The notes beneath the pieces are model-generated. The model saw nothing but the letters and a program-made list of their open reading frames with translations. It was not told where the DNA came from and did no database searches. A DNA stretch of 36,675 bases, taken from positions 1 to 36,675 of the forward strand of contig JBCBCF010000003.1 in NCBI GenBank assembly GCA_038530905.1, in the 5' to 3' direction. A program made the position numbers and the translations under genes. Positions 32,392-36,675 of the stretch are shown piece by piece (position 1 is the stretch's first letter; each line of letters starts with the position of its first letter). Source of the stretch: Acidobacteriota bacterium (GTDB lineage Bacteria > Acidobacteriota > Thermoanaerobaculia > Multivoradales > J023).

Positions 32392-33369
32392 ATGAAGCCG
32401 CTCGACGATCGATCCGCTGCCGGCGCGGCCGGCGCCGATCCGTCGGCCCGCCGCGCCGCGATCGAGGAACGCGCGCCGAGTGCGTTCTCGATCGGCCTGC
32501 CACAGTGGGCCAATGACGCCTGGCGGGGCAGCCTCTATCGACGCGGAGGGCGCGATCACCTGCGTCAATACTCCGAAGTCTGGACCGCAGTCGAAGGAAA
32601 TACGACGTTCTATAGCCTGCCGAGCGCGCGGACTGTCGAGTCGTGGCGGCAGGCGACTCCGCCGACCTTTCGATTCGTCTTCAAGCTCCCCCGCTCCCTC
32701 ACCCACGACGCACTCCTGCAAAACGCTGCCGGCCCGCTCGACCTCTTCTTCGAGCGACTCGATCCACTCGGTCCGCGGGTCGGCACGACCATGGCGCAGC
32801 TGCCGCCTTTCTTCGGCCCGGATCGCCTGGGGGACCTCGAGCGATTTCTCATTCGCTGGCCTTCAGGGCGGCCTCTGGCCGTGGAGTTACGCCATCGTGC
32901 GTTCTTCGACCTCCCTCGGGCGGCCACTCGCGCAGACGACCTCCTGCGCTCCCACGGCGCTGAACGCGTGATGCTCGATGCTCACGCCGTGTGGGAAGGC
33001 GACCTCGAACATCCTGCGGTGGCGACCGCCCGGCATCCGAAGCCTCGGCTTCCGATCCGCGCAACGCCGCTCGGCCGGCATCCCATCCTCCGCTTCATCG
33101 CCCATCCCGAGCCGGCAACGACCCTGCCTCGTCTGGACAGGTGGGCCGAGCGCCTGGCGCAATGGATCGGCGAAGGTCTGCGACCGACGGCCTTCGTCCA
33201 CTGTCCGGTGGATCGACGAGCACCGGAACTCGCGCGGCGGCTGCACCAGCTGGTCGCCGCACGGACACCTCTGGGCCCGCTGCCAGCCTGGCCCGGTGAG
33301 CGTGAGGCGCGCGCCGGGCAGATGACGCTGCCAAGCCTCGGGCTCTCGTCCGACGCCCAAGACGGCTGA
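32392..33369 (+). CDS. DUF72 (YecE-like) TIM-barrel protein
   Basis: YSEVWTAVEGNTTFYSLP, FRFVFKLPRSLTH, QLPP and AVELRH motifs; GGAG RBS. Confidence 0.9.
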   Translation: MKPLDDRSAAGAAGADPSARRAAIEERAPSAFSIGLPQWANDAWRGSLYRRGGRDHLRQYSEVWTAVEGNTTFYSLPSARTVESWRQATPPTFRFVFKLPRSLTHDALLQNAAGPLDLFFERLDPLGPRVGTTMAQLPPFFGPDRLGDLERFLIRWPSGRPLAVELRHRAFFDLPRAATRADDLLRSHGAERVMLDAHAVWEGDLEHPAVATARHPKPRLPIRATPLGRHPILRFIAHPEPATTLPRLDRWAERLAQWIGEGLRPTAFVHCPVDRRAPELARRLHQLVAARTPLGPLPAWPGEREARAGQMTLPSLGLSSDAQDG

Positions 33370-33505
33370 CCGGCGCGAGCACCACGCCTCCGAGGAGGAA
33401 ACGTTTGCGGAGCAGCGGCGGAGACACCCGTCGAGCAACGTTCGCGCGATGTGGCGCGCCCGGACACATGCTAGGTTGATCGGAAATCGCACCCCTTTTC
33501 GAGCC

Positions 33506-34117
33506 ATGCCCAAGCCACCTTCATCCAACGAGACCTTCGCCGCGCGCATCCGGCGGGAAACGGCCCCGGAGCACGAAGCGATTGAGGGCGTCGTCGACCT
33601 GATGCGACCCGACATCGACCGTGCGGCATATCGCGGCTACCTCGAACGTGCCCTCGGCTTCATCGAGGCGTCTGATGCGCGCGTGCGCCAACACCTCGGC
33701 GCCTGGCTCGATCTCGAGCTGAGGACGCACGCTCCTCGCCTGATCGCTGACCTGCGCGCACTGGGCGCCAGCGACGATGAAATCGCCGCGCTGCCGCGGG
33801 CCGAAGACGCCTTTTCAGACTTCGACTTGCAACGCACCTGGGGCGCCGCCTATGTGATCGAAGGGTCGACGCTCGGCGGTCAACTCTTGCGCAAGCACCT
33901 CGCCTCAACCCTCGATGGTGAGCCGCCGCTGTTCGCTTTTCTCGACCCGCACGGCCCTCAGACCGGCCGCCGATGGCGCGAGTTTCGCGCGGCCCTCGAA
34001 GCCGCCGCGGAGCGGGAGGATCCGGATCGCATCGTCGACGGCGCTCGCGAGACGTTCGCGCGCTACCGCCGCTGGCTGGCCCAGCCTCGGCTGGTGCCCG
34101 CGGCAGCCGAGGCCTAG
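33506..34117 (+). CDS. Biliverdin-producing heme oxygenase (BphO-like)
   Basis: IRRETAPEHEAIE (proximal His), AYVIEGSTLGGQ (distal helix), W..F...L and GARETF motifs. Confidence 0.85.
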   Translation: MPKPPSSNETFAARIRRETAPEHEAIEGVVDLMRPDIDRAAYRGYLERALGFIEASDARVRQHLGAWLDLELRTHAPRLIADLRALGASDDEIAALPRAEDAFSDFDLQRTWGAAYVIEGSTLGGQLLRKHLASTLDGEPPLFAFLDPHGPQTGRRWREFRAALEAAAEREDPDRIVDGARETFARYRRWLAQPRLVPAAAEA

Positions 34118-34396
34118 CCCGAGAGACCCGCCCAAGGCGTGGTCTCGGCGGCTCCCGGTCGCATCTCCCGCGCGACTGACGATCGACGTCATCCGACGCC
34201 CGGCCGACTGCCGCTGAGCGTCACCTGCCAGACCACTCCGGCCGATCTCACGGCGCCTGCCTCGACGTTCGAGGCTGGCCTATCCCTTGCAGCCGTCGAT
34301 TTCCAAAATTCGCTTATCGCCAAATTGGAATGTCTCGCCACCGGCGCGCGTTCCTCGCGACATCGCCCGACCGAATTGATCTCCTCCGGAGGCCTC

Positions 34397-36130
34397 ATGA
34401 CGACGTCCCGCCTCAGCCGCAAGGTGCCGCCGAGCGTCCTGCATCAGCTCCAGGCCGAACTCTTCTCGGCCCGCGCCGAGGGCGCAGCGCCCGAGCCCGA
34501 CGGCGTGCCGGCGCCGTTTCTTTCGCCGCACGTCGCGATGCGCGATCCGCATCGCCCGGTGGCGCCGGCCCGCGCGCCGGCTCTGCCTGCGGCCGGCGTG
34601 GTCGTTCACAACCGCCTCGCCTACGGCCCGCGGCCGGGCGATCTGCAGGCCTTTCAGGCGCTCGGAGGCAGCGATTCGGCGCGCCTGTCTGCCTGGCTCG
34701 ACGAGCAGCTCGACCCGTCGTCGATCGACGACTCGGCGCTCGATGCGCGCATCTCGGCGCTCGGATTCACGACGCTCGGCAAGTCCCTGCCCCAGCTCTG
34801 GCTCGACCACATGATCAATTACGTCGAGTGGGAGGACCACATCCGGCCGATCGAAGAGATCACCCGGCTGAAGTTCGTCCGCGCGATCTGGAGCCGCCGT
34901 CAGCTCTTCGAGGTGATGGCCGAGTTCTGGCACGACCACTTCAGCGTCCACGCCTGGGAGTTCGCGATCGCACCCGTTTGGGTGCACACCGATCGGGATG
35001 CGATCCGACCCCACGCCCTCGGCAACTTCCGCCAGATGCTCGAAGCGGTCACTCGCACGCCGAGCATGCTTTTTTATCTCGACAACGCCGAGAACTCGCT
35101 CGAAGATCCGAACGAGAACTTTGCGCGCGAGCTGCTCGAGCTGCACACGCTGGGATCCGACGCCTACTACGGCTCGATCGACCCTGCCGACGTCCCTCGC
35201 GACGGCGCCAACCGCCCGCTGGGCTACACCGAGTTCGACGTGGTCGAGGTGGCGCGCGCCCTCACCGGCTGGACGGTCAGCGCGCGGCCCTGGGACGAGA
35301 ACATCGGCAATACGGGCGAGTTCCTGTACTACGACCCGTGGCATGACCACGATCCGAAGACGGTCATCGGCATGTCGCTCCCGGCCAACCAGCCACCGAT
35401 GCAAGACGGTCGCGACATCTTCGATCTGCTCGCCGAGCATCCAGCGACCGGACGCTTTGTTGCCGGCAAGCTCTGCCGGCGGCTGTTTCACGACTTCCCA
35501 CCGCAGGAAGTGGTCGATGCGGCGGCGGCCACCTTCACGGCGCAGGCCGCGGCAGCCGACCAGATCGCGCAGGTCGTGCGCGTCATCGTCGAGCATCCGC
35601 TCTGGCTGCAGACCTGGGGCGAGAAAGTCAAGCGCCCGTTCGAGGTCCTCGCCTCGCACTTCCGAGGTGCGCAAGGCGAGCTGGAGTTCCAAATCGCCGA
35701 CGAGGGCAACAGCGACTGGCTGAACTGGATGTTCTACCAAACGGGTCACTACCCGTTTAATTGGGCTCCACCGAACGGCTATCCGGACGTCCGCGCGGCC
35801 TGGAACAGCACCTCACCGCGCGTGATGACGTGGCGAGTCGCCAACATGCTCGTCCAGGCCTATGACGACGTGGCGGACCGCTTCGCCTTCGACTTCCTCG
35901 GCCAGACGCCGGCGAACGTCCGGTCGGCCGAGGAGATCGTCGATTTCTGGACCGGCCGCCTGCTCTCCGATGCCCTGCCGAGCGACGAGCGACAGAGCCT
36001 GATCGCCTTCATGGCGCAGGGCCACAACCCGGGATTCGACCTGCCGCTCGCGGCCGATGAAGAGACCCAGGATCGCCTGCGCACGCTCGGTGCGATTCTC
36101 GCCATGACGCCCAGCTTCCTCTGGCGCTGA
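34397..36130 (+). CDS. DUF1800 family protein
   Basis: NRLAYGPRPGD, QLFEVMAEFWHDHF, MLFYLDN, PNENFARELLELHTLG, ARALTGW and PPNGYP motifs; GGAGG RBS before ATG 34397. Confidence 0.93.
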   Translation: MTTSRLSRKVPPSVLHQLQAELFSARAEGAAPEPDGVPAPFLSPHVAMRDPHRPVAPARAPALPAAGVVVHNRLAYGPRPGDLQAFQALGGSDSARLSAWLDEQLDPSSIDDSALDARISALGFTTLGKSLPQLWLDHMINYVEWEDHIRPIEEITRLKFVRAIWSRRQLFEVMAEFWHDHFSVHAWEFAIAPVWVHTDRDAIRPHALGNFRQMLEAVTRTPSMLFYLDNAENSLEDPNENFARELLELHTLGSDAYYGSIDPADVPRDGANRPLGYTEFDVVEVARALTGWTVSARPWDENIGNTGEFLYYDPWHDHDPKTVIGMSLPANQPPMQDGRDIFDLLAEHPATGRFVAGKLCRRLFHDFPPQEVVDAAAATFTAQAAAADQIAQVVRVIVEHPLWLQTWGEKVKRPFEVLASHFRGAQGELEFQIADEGNSDWLNWMFYQTGHYPFNWAPPNGYPDVRAAWNSTSPRVMTWRVANMLVQAYDDVADRFAFDFLGQTPANVRSAEEIVDFWTGRLLSDALPSDERQSLIAFMAQGHNPGFDLPLAADEETQDRLRTLGAILAMTPSFLWR

Positions 36131-36179
36131 GCCGACGCCAGTTCTGACGACTCGAGATCTCAGAAAAAGGACGATCCAG

Positions 36180-36675
36180 ATGAATCTCTCCCGACGCGGA
36201 TTCCTCGCCGGCTGCTCAGCAGCCATCGCCGGCATGGCCGGCTCACGCTTCAACACGCTCGCCTTCGCCGGCGACGCTGGCGGCAACGACGATGTTCTGA
36301 TTATCGTTTTCCTGCGCGGCGGCATGGACGGCCTCAGCTTGGTGCCTCCAATCGGCGGCGCCGATCGTGGACACTACGAAGCGGCCCGCCCTGGACTGCA
36401 GATCCCGACGAGCGGCCCGGGCGCCGCGCTGCCCCTCTCGGGCCCGTTCGGCCTCCATCCGTCGGCGGCACCGCTCCAGGGCCTGTTCCAAGACGGCCAT
36501 CTGGCGATCGTGCACGGCGTCGGCATGCTCGACGTGGTCAACAAATCGCACTTCGACGCGATGTCGTTCGTCGAGCTGGGCACGCCGGGAATCAAGAGCG
36601 GCACGTCGGGCTGGCTGACCCGACACCTTCTCTCGGCATCCAATCTGCCGCCGGAGATCATCATGCCGGCCCTCT
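36180..36675 (+). CDS. DUF1501 family protein with Tat signal (3'-truncated; absent from the ORF track)
   Basis: Translated by hand: MNLSRRGFLAGCSAAIAG...VLIIVFLRGGMDGLSLVPP...FGLHP...SHFDA...SGWL; follows DUF1800 as is typical. Confidence 0.92.
   Translation, partial: MNLSRRGFLAGCSAAIAGMAGSRFNTLAFAGDAGGNDDVLIIVFLRGGMDGLSLVPPIGGADRGHYEAARPGLQIPTSGPGAALPLSGPFGLHPSAAPLQGLFQDGHLAIVHGVGMLDVVNKSHFDAMSFVELGTPGIKSGTSGWLTRHLLSASNLPPEIIMPAL

Overview
High-GC bacterial chromosomal segment, most likely Acidobacteriota and possibly Thermoanaerobaculia. That placement is inferred from the HU sequence style, a repeated 'TLCL..GRF...YWVFYGALS' secreted domain and the gene content; it was not verified by search. 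The window is densely coding, with about 25 real genes, and I found no tRNA, rRNA, CRISPR array, prophage or IS element. Housekeeping genes: purC, radA, dnaB, HU/IHF, dtd, ssb and sucA-sucB-lpdA. Envelope and secreted proteins: an FG-GAP/PKD mosaic protein, a TPR protein plus LolB-like lipoprotein, a GT-C glycosyltransferase, two SGNH hydrolases, an O-antigen-ligase-like protein and DUF1800/DUF1501. Signalling genes: a divergent class III cyclase, an MshEN-GAF protein, a receiver-Ser/Thr kinase coupled to a His kinase, and an orphan BphO-type heme oxygenase. The standout is the 2-oxoglutarate dehydrogenase E1 (SucA). It carries an in-frame, apparently intact cyclic-nucleotide-binding domain (~20921-21310) between its N-terminal segment and catalytic core, suggesting direct cAMP control of a TCA-cycle enzyme.
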